This document shows positions 50,946-61,070 of a stretch of 64,000 nt of DNA, piece after piece. Below the pieces are notes generated by a model. That model was given only the letters and a program-made list of their open reading frames with translations. It was not told the origin of the DNA and searched no databases. Each line of letters starts with the position of its first letter. Position 1 is the stretch's first letter. This DNA comes from an uncultured Phycisphaerales bacterium (GTDB lineage Bacteria; Planctomycetota; Phycisphaerae; Tepidisphaerales; Tepidisphaeraceae): the NCBI GenBank assembly GCA_963758525.1, contig CAVWVQ010000003.1:2880001-2944000 (forward strand), given 5' to 3'. Made by a program: the position numbers and the translations under genes.

Positions 50946-51114
50946 GGTTGGGCGGGATTCATCCCGCCGTCTCTCTGCGAGAACTCAGCTGGTCCAGAAC
51001 TCCGGCGGAACGAATCCCGCGCTACGGGCCCGTTGATCTTCTGATGTAGGGCGGGATTCATCCCGCCGTCTCTTCGCAAGGCCGCAGACTCCGGCGGGAT
51101 GAGTCCCGCCCAAC
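50946..51114. repeat. two tandem GTAG-type REP doublets
   Basis: GGGCGGGATTCATCCCGCCGTCTCT occurs twice (~50950, ~51049), each with an inverted partner; a half copy also lies at 55361-55383. Confidence 0.85.
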
Positions 51115-51173
51115 GGGACCAGACCGCATCCTCGCCATATCGCTTTCCCGGTACTCCGGGAGAGCGATCAGCT

Positions 51174-51950
51174 TCATTTCTCCCAGGTCTTCCAGGGCGG
51201 ATTGCCCTTGGCCCAGAGATCTTCCAGCAGCTTGCGATCGCGGATGGTGTCCATGCACTGCCAGAAATCGGCGTGCTTGTAGGCCATCAACTGACCGTCG
51301 TGCGCCAGCTTTTCCATGGGCTCTTTTTCCCAGTGGGTGCCGTCGCCTTCGATGTAGTCGAAAATTTCCGGCTCGAGCACGAAGAACGCGCCGTTGATCC
51401 ATCCCTCGCTGGCCTGCGGTTTCTCGGAGAACTCGCGGACGTGGTCGCCTTCAAAGACGATGTGCCCGAAGCGGGCCGGGGGGCGAACGGTGGTAACGGT
51501 CGCGAGCTTGCCGTGTGATTTATGGAATTTGAGCAGCTCGTGAAGATTGACGTTGGAGACGCCATCGCCCCAGGTGAGCATGAACGTTCCGTTGCCCAGG
51601 TACGGCGCGAGACGTTTGATGCGGCCGCCGGTCTGGGTTTTCACGCCGGTGTCCACGCAGTCGACAGTCCATTCCGGGAATGAGCCGTTGCTGTGCCGCA
51701 GCACGTCGCCGCTGCGCGTTTTGACGGTCAGATCGCTCTGCATCGTGGCGAGTTCCATCATGTATCGCTTGATGTATTCGCCCTTGTAACCCAGGCCCAG
51801 CGCGAAGCTGTTGTACCCGTAATGCGAGTAGTGCATCATGATGTGCCAGAGGATCGGCATCCCGCCGATCTCGACCATCGGCTTGGGCTTCAGTTCGGTT
51901 TCTTCCGCCAGGCGCGACCCCAGGCCGCCGGCGAGGATTGCCACTTTCAT
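51174..51950 (-). CDS. rfbF: glucose-1-phosphate cytidylyltransferase
   Basis: ILAGGLGSRLAEET..KPKPMVEIG, VDTG..TQTGGRIKR, WINGAFF, FWQCMDTIRD. Confidence 0.9.
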   Translation of the reverse strand: MKVAILAGGLGSRLAEETELKPKPMVEIGGMPILWHIMMHYSHYGYNSFALGLGYKGEYIKRYMMELATMQSDLTVKTRSGDVLRHSNGSFPEWTVDCVDTGVKTQTGGRIKRLAPYLGNGTFMLTWGDGVSNVNLHELLKFHKSHGKLATVTTVRPPARFGHIVFEGDHVREFSEKPQASEGWINGAFFVLEPEIFDYIEGDGTHWEKEPMEKLAHDGQLMAYKHADFWQCMDTIRDRKLLEDLWAKGNPPWKTWEK

Positions 51951-52008
51951 CTTCAAGCTCCTCATAGCTCCGCTTCAAAAACCGCGGAGACGCAGTATGC
52001 ACGCGCTT

Positions 52009-53031
52009 TTACGATGCGGTCGTGCGGTGCAGATTATCGGCGGCTTGAAGCTGAGGCGGACGACCCTTGAACAGGTCGGTAACGCGCCAGAACACTTCCT
52101 CGCCGGCGATGATCAGATCCCGAACTAACTTCGGCAGAATTTTGATGGTGAATCCGAGCAATCGCAGATAACAGCCCGCTTTTTGTCCGATTGTCAGCGG
52201 CGGCATCGCCGGGGACGCCCAATATTCTTTCAGCACGCGCCATTCGGGGAAAACGATCTTCCCCTTCTTGGAGGCGTCCCACCATTCAGTGGCGGGTATG
52301 GGACCCACGCCGATGTATTTTGAGAGCCGGCTGCGCCCTCGGCTGAGCCGGACCGGAAGCGACCGCACGGATCGGCCGCGATGATCGCGGTTGAGGAAAA
52401 GAAATTCCTTCACCAGGTGGAATCGCCCAAAGAGGCTGAGCCGGGCCAGCACCACACTGTCGGCGCGGGCGTAAGAGCCCTTGCGCGGAAAGCTGCGCAG
52501 CGCCTGGAGGCGGATCAGCGAGAAGATCTCAAACGCCCCGTGCTTTTTGTGCTTGACGTTGATCAGCGCCCCAAAGCGCCTGGCGGGACTTTCGTCGTCA
52601 GTGGGAAGCACAAACGTATTGTCGCGGAGCGGCTTGCTGTCCTCGTCAATCACCCGCGTCTGCGGCCAGGCCATCACGGCGCCGGGATCGGAGTCGAGGG
52701 CGGCGACGCATTTTTCCAGAAGCGTGGGGGCCAGCAGATCGTCCGCGGCGCACCACTTGAAATACTCGCCCCGCGAGAGCAACTCAGTGCGGTTGTAGTT
52801 CCAGGCGGGGCCATGATTCGTGCGGTCGTTGGGCTCGTAGCGGACACGCGCATCGCGAGCGGCATACTCGCGGCAGATGGCTTCAGTCGCATCGGTCGAG
52901 CCGTTGTCGGAGATGATCAGCTCGAAGTCCCTGTACGTCTGCGCCAGGATCGAATCCAGCACTTCCCGCAGGAAACGCTGGGCATTGTAAACGGGCATCC
53001 CAAGGCTGACGCGTGGCGATTGTTGCGACAT
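52009..53031 (-). CDS. glycosyltransferase family 2
   Basis: VSLGMPVYN, IISDNGSTD, YFKWCAADD. Confidence 0.9.
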   Translation of the reverse strand: MSQQSPRVSLGMPVYNAQRFLREVLDSILAQTYRDFELIISDNGSTDATEAICREYAARDARVRYEPNDRTNHGPAWNYNRTELLSRGEYFKWCAADDLLAPTLLEKCVAALDSDPGAVMAWPQTRVIDEDSKPLRDNTFVLPTDDESPARRFGALINVKHKKHGAFEIFSLIRLQALRSFPRKGSYARADSVVLARLSLFGRFHLVKEFLFLNRDHRGRSVRSLPVRLSRGRSRLSKYIGVGPIPATEWWDASKKGKIVFPEWRVLKEYWASPAMPPLTIGQKAGCYLRLLGFTIKILPKLVRDLIIAGEEVFWRVTDLFKGRPPQLQAADNLHRTTAS

Positions 53032-53128
53032 AGATTCCTCTCACTGCAACCGAAGCGCTGGCCCAGCATCGGGCCGTTCGGAAAACGGCTGCCGCGCCTT
53101 TCGACGCGGCCGCCGTGAAAGCGAGAAA

Positions 53129-54067
53129 CTAGTTCTTGCTGCCGACCAGTTCGGGCTTGAAGATCAGGTCGCCGGTGGGGACGGCGTCGCCGTCGTACAG
53201 CTTGGCAACTTCTTCCGGAACGCGTTCGAGGTCGCTGGCGCGCATGAAGTCGCGGAGCGACGTGCCGGTGCATTCGGAGTCGAGATTGTGCGCTCCGCCG
53301 CGCGACTTGATGTCGTCGATGTTGACGGTGCGGAAGTCGATGCTGTAGCGGGACAGCCCGGCGGTGTTCGGGACCGTCGAGTGAAGCTGGGCGGCGGCGA
53401 AGATGATTACGCCGCCCGCCGGCGGGATGAACCGCACCTGCGGGTAGAGCTCGACGTGCTCTTCCGGCTTGGGCTGCTTGCGGGTGTCAGCCTTGATCTG
53501 CTTGGCGGCGTCCTTGCGGCCGACGCTGTTCCATTCGTAATAATTGAATCCGCTCGAACCGTTCTTGAGCGGCTTGTCCCAGTAACTGGGGTGGAACGCC
53601 ATCGACATCTCCGTTTCGATGTCGTAGATCGGCAGCCACCAGTTGAGCTGGGCCTGCGGGGCCGAGTACCACGTATCGCGGTGGGGATGGTGCGCGTAGC
53701 CCACGCCGGAGGTCAGATAGCCGTCGCTGGTGACCATGCGCAGACGCGGTACGTCGATGTAAGTCTTTTGCATGTCGCACTTAAAGTCTTCCATGATTCC
53801 CTGGATGATCTTCTTGGTGCGAGGGTGATGGATAAACTTGGGCTTCAGCGGAGCACAGATCTCCACATACTTTTCCACCGGCATGTGGTGCTGAGCCTGT
53901 CGGGGATCGACGCTTCCGAACGCCTCTTCGATCATTTCCCGTGCCAGATTGCACAGCTCGAGCGTGCTGGGGCGAGGGGAGTAGACGAAGATTTGCCCGT
54001 CGTAAATTCGCTGCAAACGGACTGAATCGTCCGCTTTTGAATCAAAATACACACTGTGCGCTGGCAT
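53129..54067 (-). CDS. putative 2-oxoglutarate/Fe(II)-dependent oxygenase
   Basis: HPHRDTWY (HxD), QLNWWLP, QLHSTVPN (distal His), RYSIDFR. Confidence 0.6.
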   Translation of the reverse strand: MPAHSVYFDSKADDSVRLQRIYDGQIFVYSPRPSTLELCNLAREMIEEAFGSVDPRQAQHHMPVEKYVEICAPLKPKFIHHPRTKKIIQGIMEDFKCDMQKTYIDVPRLRMVTSDGYLTSGVGYAHHPHRDTWYSAPQAQLNWWLPIYDIETEMSMAFHPSYWDKPLKNGSSGFNYYEWNSVGRKDAAKQIKADTRKQPKPEEHVELYPQVRFIPPAGGVIIFAAAQLHSTVPNTAGLSRYSIDFRTVNIDDIKSRGGAHNLDSECTGTSLRDFMRASDLERVPEEVAKLYDGDAVPTGDLIFKPELVGSKN

Positions 54068-54103
54068 GGGAGACTCCTTTGTCTTCGTTGTTGGGTCAGT
54101 CAG

Positions 54104-55309
54104 TTATTCGGAATACGCCGGCTTGCAGACGCCGGTTTGCACGCCGCCGCGGTTGGCGATGGCCTTGCGATAGATGGCGAGCATGCTTTCATAATTTCGG
54201 TCCGCTGTAAACGCGGCTTCAAATCGCTGTCGCGCTCCGTGGCGTTTTTTCATCAGGAGCTGCGGGTCCGATAATATCCGGGACACCGCTGCCGCCAAGG
54301 CGTTGGCGTCACCGGGATTAAACAAGAGACCATTGTCATCGTCCACAAGCTCGATCATCGAACCCAGCCGTGATGCTATGACGGGGGTTCCTTTGGCAAA
54401 CGATTCGAGCAACACCTTTGGCTGTCCCTCGTACCATTGCGAAGGAAAGACCAGAAACGAGGCATTGCCCACCAGTTTCAGTACCTCTTCCATCGGCTGT
54501 CGGCCTAGCCACTGAATGCAAGAGTTGCTGCTGGCAGCTTTTCGGACGTTCTCCGCCTCGGGGCCGTCCCCTACAATCCGCAAAGGCAGTAGATTCCCTA
54601 CCCGCTCCCAAGCCGCGAGAATCGTGCTAATTCCCTTTTCCGGAGACAGTCTGCCCACGAAAATGGCATATTTCCCATCCCCCGCACCCGGCCCAGGGTC
54701 CGGAGAAACAAAATTTCCCTTGACGAAAATTTTTTCTGCGGGGAAGCCGCCTTCAATCAGCTTTTTGCGAACGAACTGCGTGAGGGCGAGATACGCATCG
54801 ACACTCCGCTTCCATGTGCCAATCAATTTATGCGTCGCCAGCATCGTCGCGGTGACGGCAGTGATCGTCCGGCTCCCGCGATAGCACTTATGGACGACGC
54901 CCGGCCAGGCGAACGTTTTCCCCAGGCAATCCTCGCACACCCGGCCGTCGCGCATGAAGACCGCATCGGGGCACATCAGTCGATAGTTTGGAACGCCCTG
55001 CACGACCGCAGCGCCCGCAGCCCGCGCCGCGTGGTAAGCGGCAGGGGAGATCTGCGGAAACGTGTTGTGAAAATGCACGACTGCCGGCTGCTCGCGCGCC
55101 ACCAGATCGTGAATCTCGCGATACGTCTTGCGGTTCCAGATGGTCGCCGCCGCCACGCCCAGCTTGCCGGCGGTTTTGATGCTGTCGTTGTGCAGCGTGT
55201 AACGAAGCACCTCATGCCCACGCGATTCCAGCAGCTTTCCCTCGTCGGCAAAGACCTGGTCTTCGCCGCCAGGCTGCTGATAGTAGTTGTGAGCAATGAG
55301 TACTTTCAT
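54104..55309 (-). CDS. glycosyltransferase family 4
   Basis: HNYYQQPGGED, HFHNTFP, FVGRLSPEKG, PSQWYEG. Confidence 0.9.
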   Translation of the reverse strand: MKVLIAHNYYQQPGGEDQVFADEGKLLESRGHEVLRYTLHNDSIKTAGKLGVAAATIWNRKTYREIHDLVAREQPAVVHFHNTFPQISPAAYHAARAAGAAVVQGVPNYRLMCPDAVFMRDGRVCEDCLGKTFAWPGVVHKCYRGSRTITAVTATMLATHKLIGTWKRSVDAYLALTQFVRKKLIEGGFPAEKIFVKGNFVSPDPGPGAGDGKYAIFVGRLSPEKGISTILAAWERVGNLLPLRIVGDGPEAENVRKAASSNSCIQWLGRQPMEEVLKLVGNASFLVFPSQWYEGQPKVLLESFAKGTPVIASRLGSMIELVDDDNGLLFNPGDANALAAAVSRILSDPQLLMKKRHGARQRFEAAFTADRNYESMLAIYRKAIANRGGVQTGVCKPAYSE

Positions 55310-55420
55310 CGGGGTCATGAGTGTGTGGTGCTGCGAAACGTGCGAATCGCAAAAAAAGACCGGCGGGATAAATCCCGCCCTACGGGGTCGTTCGCGAAGA
55401 TATCGACCGGGTGCCCTTTT

Positions 55421-56543
55421 TTATGCCGCTCCCGTCACGCGGCCTTCCAGGCACCGGCGAAACAGCGCTTCCATCTCGCGAACGCGAAGCTTGATGTCCT
55501 GCGTTGCCGCGCCTTGCGGCATCCGCGCAATCACTTGGGCGCGATATTCCTCGTCGGTCAGATTTTTCCGCAGCGCGGCCACGAGCGCATCAAGATCGCC
55601 GACAGGAAACAGCGTGCCGTATCGGCCGCGATCAAGAATCGCGTTGGGTCCGCTGCGGCAGTCGGCGGCGACAATCGGCACGTTCAGCGCCAGGCGCTTC
55701 AGCCACCACCAGCGGCGAACCCTCAAATCGCGAAACCAGCGCAAATACCCTGCCGGCACGCATCACCGGCCAGGGATTATCGACGTATCCGCCGAGAATG
55801 AAGCTCTTTTGCACCCCCAGATCGGCGATCAGCTTTTCGCATTCCGCGCGCAACGGACCGTCCCCGATCCAAAGCACCCGATGGCGGATTCCCTCGTCGA
55901 TCAACCGCTTGTGTGCGTTGATCAGCAACTGCGGATGCTTCTGATACTGCAGGCCCGCGACGTTGACGACCACCGGCTCATCGAAGACCCAGGCGAGACG
56001 CTCGGGCATCGCCAACTGCGACATCTCCCGAACGCGATCGACGTCCACGCCGTTCACAATCGCCAGGCTGTTGCTCAGATGATGGTTCTCGCGCAGATCG
56101 TCGGCAACCTCCTTCGAGCAACCGACGGTGGCATCGAGCTTGGAGTAGATGAAGTGCATGATCGGCTTGTGAAACGCCGGCCGCATCTTCAGCTCGAAGA
56201 TGCGCGAGAGGTTCTGGTGAATCCAGCCGATGGTCGGGCGCCCGCCGAGCAATGCGCCGGTCGCGGCAAGATAGGTCGGGGTGAGCTCCGCCCAACTGAC
56301 AACCAGATCGTGCCGCTTGGCTTCGGCATAAATCTTCCAGATGGTGTGCGGCGCGTTGCTGTATTTCATCCCCTCATCGAGCACTTCGATCCGCACGCCC
56401 TGGGGAAATTCATGCGCAAAGCGGAGCTCCCGCTCGGTGACCAGAATCGTCGGCTCGTACGCCTTGTCGAGATGGCGCATGTAATCCGCGAGCAGGCGCA
56501 TCGAGTTGGTAAGGTGCGGAACGACAAAGAGCACTTTAGGCAA
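55421..56543 (-). CDS. glycosyltransferase family 4, frameshifted near 55697
   Basis: IGDGPLR, NPWPVM, SRFEGSPLVVAEA continuing as LALNVPIVAADCRSGP in ORF 55421..55759. Confidence 0.85.
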
Positions 56544-57918
56544 ACGACACCTCGGGTTGATTCGATTCGCGCCGCCGGGGAGCAAACTCGGGTTGGGGCT
56601 CCTCCACGGCAGTCAATTGCCGCTGATACCTCGCGTAGGCAGCCATCTTCTGATCGAGCCCAATCAGCACGCCCTCAAGCAAATAAAATGGGATCGCGCC
56701 GAACGGGGTTTCCAGGTAGTTGCCGGTGATGGCAACGAGCAGCGTGCACCAGAAGACCGACGAATAGAGCGTTCGCAGGAGCGGGTCTTCAACCCGTGTT
56801 CCCGCGAGCCACATTGCAAAGAGCATCAAAAAGAATATCGCCAGCCCCAGGTACCCCGTGTAGTAAATGCAGTAGATCGAAATGTTATGGGGCGTGTGAA
56901 TGTCCTGGCCGTCGGTGGTGAAATCCCCCAGCGACTTCGCTTCGCCCTGCCCCAGCAACTGCAGTTCCGTGGTATTGAGAGATTTGATGGCGCCCGTCCA
57001 GATTTCCTGGCGCCAGTGCGCCGTGCCGCGGGCGTTGATGAGATTATCGATCTCGCCGCTATAGGCCGGGATGATCCGGCCGCCCAGTCGCCACTTGATG
57101 AGCTTGATGGCAAAATCCGGGTGATTGGATGCCACCACCCGGGCGATCTGCACGAGCGGGTCCAGCGGCGGAGCGCCCTCCTGGGTCCCGGGAGTGAAGG
57201 GGCCGACGATCGTCATGACCAGCAGAAATCCGCCGCCATAAAGGCCCCATCGAATCATCCGCGCCCGTGAGGAGGCGGCGATTGCGACGATCCCCGCGCA
57301 CAGGCCGAGCATCGTGCCGCGACCGTGAGTGCCGGCGAAAAACACCGGATACAGACACAGGATCAGCAGCGGAATGCGGGGCTTCCAACCCTTCAGTTCG
57401 CTCCAGGCGGTCAGCATGATGACGGGAATCAGCGCCGTGTTGGGCGGCTCGGCAAGCTCCATCCTCAGCATTTCGCAGATGCAGCGCAATCCATAGGCAA
57501 CGATCACCCATTTCAGCATGCGAATGAAATAAGGAAAACTGATCGTCGTGCCGACGGCGATGCCGATCAGCATGTAAAGCGGGTAATAGTTGAAAGCCGC
57601 GGTGCGAACCGACTCGATGATCGAGCGTCCCAGGAAGGACGATCGGACGACTTCGAAGACTCCCCAAACCAGATGGAGCGTGATGGCGACGGGAAGAAGC
57701 CGCATCTTGAGGATGCCGCTGATGAGCCGTCCCGTCCAGTTGCGTGTGTTCTGCAGAATCGCATAGCCGAGATACGCCTCTCCGATGAACAGCGGCGCGA
57801 TCCCGATGTACGCGAAGTTCCTGCTGAAGGCGATATATCCGCCGACGAGCACCGCCCACATGGGGAATCGGGTCCTGCCGCGTGAGCGATTGGGAGGGAT
57901 CCCGTATTCAAGCTGCAT
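56536..57918 (-). CDS. Wzy polymerase / O-antigen ligase family membrane protein
   Basis: Many TM helices, WRQEIW, HTPHN motif in the large loop; lies within a polysaccharide operon. Confidence 0.75.
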   Translation of the reverse strand: MQLEYGIPPNRSRGRTRFPMWAVLVGGYIAFSRNFAYIGIAPLFIGEAYLGYAILQNTRNWTGRLISGILKMRLLPVAITLHLVWGVFEVVRSSFLGRSIIESVRTAAFNYYPLYMLIGIAVGTTISFPYFIRMLKWVIVAYGLRCICEMLRMELAEPPNTALIPVIMLTAWSELKGWKPRIPLLILCLYPVFFAGTHGRGTMLGLCAGIVAIAASSRARMIRWGLYGGGFLLVMTIVGPFTPGTQEGAPPLDPLVQIARVVASNHPDFAIKLIKWRLGGRIIPAYSGEIDNLINARGTAHWRQEIWTGAIKSLNTTELQLLGQGEAKSLGDFTTDGQDIHTPHNISIYCIYYTGYLGLAIFFLMLFAMWLAGTRVEDPLLRTLYSSVFWCTLLVAITGNYLETPFGAIPFYLLEGVLIGLDQKMAAYARYQRQLTAVEEPQPEFAPRRRESNQPEVSFA

Positions 57919-59044
57919 AGACTTTTTTCCAGCCGCTCAAAAACGCGTCCAGCCCATAGGACTGCACGCTCGAGGCGGCCTGTATCCCAAGATCCCCACG
58001 GCTCTGCGTGCTGCTGGCAAGCAGCCGCTCAAGGCCGCCTCGGACTCCTTCAACAGTGGTGTCGATCAGGTAGCCGTTTTTCCCGTCGATCAGAAATTCT
58101 TCCACTCCGTACAGCCGTGACACCAGCACCGGCACTCCCGCCGCGGCAGCTTCGAACGTCACCAGCGAAAACGTCTCGTACAGCGACGGAAATACAAATG
58201 CCTCGGCCGACCAGAGAAACGGGCGCACATCCCGCTGCATTCCGGCGAAGATGACCTGATCGCCCAGCCCCATGTCGCGGCACTTCTGCCGGTAGGCGGC
58301 AATCAGATCCTGCTCGCCGCCGACGACGCAGAGCTTCACTTGCGGCATCTTCAGCGAAACCATCGCGTCCAAAATCAGCGGCAATCCCTTTCGCTCGAAC
58401 TGCCCGAGTGCGATGAAGACCAGCAGCACGTCGTCAGCCGCCACGGCATGCGAGGACCGAAATGCGGCGCGGTCAAACTCGGGCGGGCGCTTCATGCGGT
58501 CCAGCTCGACGGGGTTGGGCAGCACGATGATCTTGTCCGCGACAAACGGATATTCCTGCTTCAGCTCCGCCGCCAGCCCCAGCGAGGGAACCACGATCCG
58601 CTTCACGCGACGAAAAACCCACGGCTCCATCTTCGCGTGAAGCCAGTGATCCATCAGTCGAAGTCGCGACCGCAGCCCCTTGGATCCGATGCGATCCCGA
58701 TAGTTGCGCAGGAATGAGCGATGGCAGAACTGACAATACGAGGTATCGCCGAACCAGAGATTGCTCTCCACCAGTTGCAGCCGGTCGAACCGCACCCAAT
58801 GGCGCAGGCGGTACGCCCAATACCACAGCGGCGCGAGCAGATGGAATGTGATAAACAACAGTGCCAGCGGACGTTTGATTGCCGGCACGTGAACGTAGCG
58901 GATTCGCTCCGGACAGGGGTTTTCGAACTGGGCTGCGAAAACGGTGAACTCGTGCTCGTGGCACAGCCCGCGCAGCATCCGCCAGTGACAGCCGCCGATG
59001 GGGTTGTTCGGAATCGCCAGGTAATCAAAGACTGCGACGCGCAC
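57908..59044 (-). CDS. glycosyltransferase family 4
   Basis: FERKGL, FPSLYETFSLVTFEAAAAGVP. Confidence 0.9.
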   Translation of the reverse strand: MRVAVFDYLAIPNNPIGGCHWRMLRGLCHEHEFTVFAAQFENPCPERIRYVHVPAIKRPLALLFITFHLLAPLWYWAYRLRHWVRFDRLQLVESNLWFGDTSYCQFCHRSFLRNYRDRIGSKGLRSRLRLMDHWLHAKMEPWVFRRVKRIVVPSLGLAAELKQEYPFVADKIIVLPNPVELDRMKRPPEFDRAAFRSSHAVAADDVLLVFIALGQFERKGLPLILDAMVSLKMPQVKLCVVGGEQDLIAAYRQKCRDMGLGDQVIFAGMQRDVRPFLWSAEAFVFPSLYETFSLVTFEAAAAGVPVLVSRLYGVEEFLIDGKNGYLIDTTVEGVRGGLERLLASSTQSRGDLGIQAASSVQSYGLDAFLSGWKKVYAA

Positions 59045-60254
59045 GCAACACTTCCTCGTAAAGGACAGTCATTCGCTCGGCCCGCTTGCCCCAGGTGTTT
59101 TCCGCGGCGCACCGCGCTGCCGCCCGCCCCATCGCCGCCCGGGCCTGCGGATCGTCGGCCATGGTTCGCATCGCCGCGGCCAACCCTTCGATCGTCGGCG
59201 CGGGCGTCGTGACAGGAACCTTGATGCCGGCCTCGGGGGGAACGATCGTACCGACGCCCTGATGATCCAGCGTAATCAGTGGCATGCCGCGGGCCATCGC
59301 TTCCAGCACGATGGTTCCCTGCGAATCCCGCAGGCTGGGAAACAGCAGCACGTCGCACGCACTGAATAACTCGGCCATCTGCGTCCACGGGACGCGACCG
59401 ACAAACTTCACCCGCTCGCCAAGCCCCAGCGCCTTTGCCTGTTCCTGCCAGCTTTCCAGACACGGCCCATCGCCCGCTGCGGTCAGACGAATGTTTGGAT
59501 TGGGAATCTTGGCCATCGCTTCGAGAATCAGCGGCAGCCCTTTACGAGGCTCGCATCGGCCGCCCCAGAGCATCGAGAGCCCGCCGGCGGGTGATCCCGC
59601 GCCGCGCGGATGGCTCAGCCAGTCCTCCTGAATGCCGTAGTCGGTCAGCAACTCCACGCGCCGGGTGTGCAGGCCCGTCAGCGTCTGGGCCGTCTCGCGG
59701 TTGATCGCCAGAATCAGGTCCGCGTGCCGCGCTGCGCGAATGACCAGCGGGTTCCACCGCGTGAGCTTCACCAGCAGCGTCCGCAGTCGCTCGGCCGTGC
59801 GACCGGTGGTGGCGAAACCCATGAATGGCTTGGGCCATGTCTGACCCCCGCCGACCGGGCCCCAGACGAACGGCAATCCCAGCTTCCATGCCACCGGCGG
59901 CTGCTGCAGGCTTCCCCAACTCACGTGATGCACCAGATCGAACGGCTTTTTTTCCGCGAAGCCCCGCAGGACGCGAAGCGCCGTGCTTTGCCAGAGGCGG
60001 TAATGAATCCGAATGCCGCGCTCCGACTTCTGCGGTTTCCACGGATCGAAACGGCTGGTGGTGTCGATCCATTCCAGTTTCAATCGCTCGATGGGGCGCT
60101 GAGCCAGTTCGGCGTCCACCGCCGCCCGATATTGCGGATGGGCAAAGAGGGTTACGTCATGCAATTTCGCCAGGCTTGCCGCCCAGTTCCAGGTGATTCC
60201 AGGTTCAGAACCCAGGATCGGGGAGCAGGCATGTCCTACGAGTGCAATTCTCAT
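59025..60254 (-). CDS. glycosyltransferase family 4
   Basis: ACSP..GSEPG..WNW, PFVWGPVGG, FPSLRDSQGTIVLEAM. Confidence 0.9.
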   Translation of the reverse strand: MRIALVGHACSPILGSEPGITWNWAASLAKLHDVTLFAHPQYRAAVDAELAQRPIERLKLEWIDTTSRFDPWKPQKSERGIRIHYRLWQSTALRVLRGFAEKKPFDLVHHVSWGSLQQPPVAWKLGLPFVWGPVGGGQTWPKPFMGFATTGRTAERLRTLLVKLTRWNPLVIRAARHADLILAINRETAQTLTGLHTRRVELLTDYGIQEDWLSHPRGAGSPAGGLSMLWGGRCEPRKGLPLILEAMAKIPNPNIRLTAAGDGPCLESWQEQAKALGLGERVKFVGRVPWTQMAELFSACDVLLFPSLRDSQGTIVLEAMARGMPLITLDHQGVGTIVPPEAGIKVPVTTPAPTIEGLAAAMRTMADDPQARAAMGRAAARCAAENTWGKRAERMTVLYEEVLRARRSL

Positions 60255-60259
60255 GCAAT

Positions 60260-61069
60260 TTAACGAGCCTTGCTCATCGTGCCCCGCGGCACGGCCTTGG
60301 CGTCGTGGCTTGCGCCGGCGTGACGCCAGAAAAACTCTTCGCCGCGCTGGAACTGCGGGACAAACCCGCCTGGCATTCCCTGCAACTGTGAGCCATACGC
60401 GGCGATCGCCCGGTTCTTCTTTTCCTGTACGGCGCTGACGTCGACGCGCTCGGCGCCGGCAAACTCAGTCGTGCTCCAATTGAGCAGCGTGCGCTTCCAC
60501 AACACCCAGATCGGATACTCCAGCAAATCCGCTTCGCTGTCGGCCAGGTCGAGTGCGTCGGCGATCAGCGCGTGCGCCGCTTCATGATCGGGATGACAGT
60601 CCTTGTGATAGGTGACGTATACTTCGCCGGCGCCGCTGAGCTTGATGATTTCAGCAAGCCGATGCACCATCTCGCTGCGCTCGACGCTTGCCATCTCGGC
60701 CAGTTCCGCGTCAGCTCCGTCGAGAAAATGAAGATCGCCGGCAGCTACTCCCAGGATCTGACACGCCGCGACGGCCTCCTGCCTGCGGCTCGCAACAATT
60801 TTCCCAATCGGCAGCGATCCCTGCCCGACGTGCGATCGGCTCCCGTCGGTGACGAAGACCACCTGCACGGCAACGCCCGCGGCGCGCTTCAGCGCGATCA
60901 ACCCGCCGCAGCCAAACGTCTCGTCATCGTGATGCGGCGCCACGATCAGCGCGGGGGCGTCGGTCACCGTCGTATCGAAACTTTGCCCTTTCAGGCCCCA
61001 ACGGTAGAGCAGCGGCGCCCGGATGCCGCGGATTCGATTCGCCAGCGGTCGCAGTCGGGGATACGGCAT
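60260..61069 (-). CDS. PIG-L/LmbE family deacetylase
   Basis: VAPHHDDETFGCGG, VTDGSRSH, RRQEA, HPDH. Confidence 0.9.
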   Translation of the reverse strand: MPYPRLRPLANRIRGIRAPLLYRWGLKGQSFDTTVTDAPALIVAPHHDDETFGCGGLIALKRAAGVAVQVVFVTDGSRSHVGQGSLPIGKIVASRRQEAVAACQILGVAAGDLHFLDGADAELAEMASVERSEMVHRLAEIIKLSGAGEVYVTYHKDCHPDHEAAHALIADALDLADSEADLLEYPIWVLWKRTLLNWSTTEFAGAERVDVSAVQEKKNRAIAAYGSQLQGMPGGFVPQFQRGEEFFWRHAGASHDAKAVPRGTMSKAR

Positions 61070-61070
61070 C

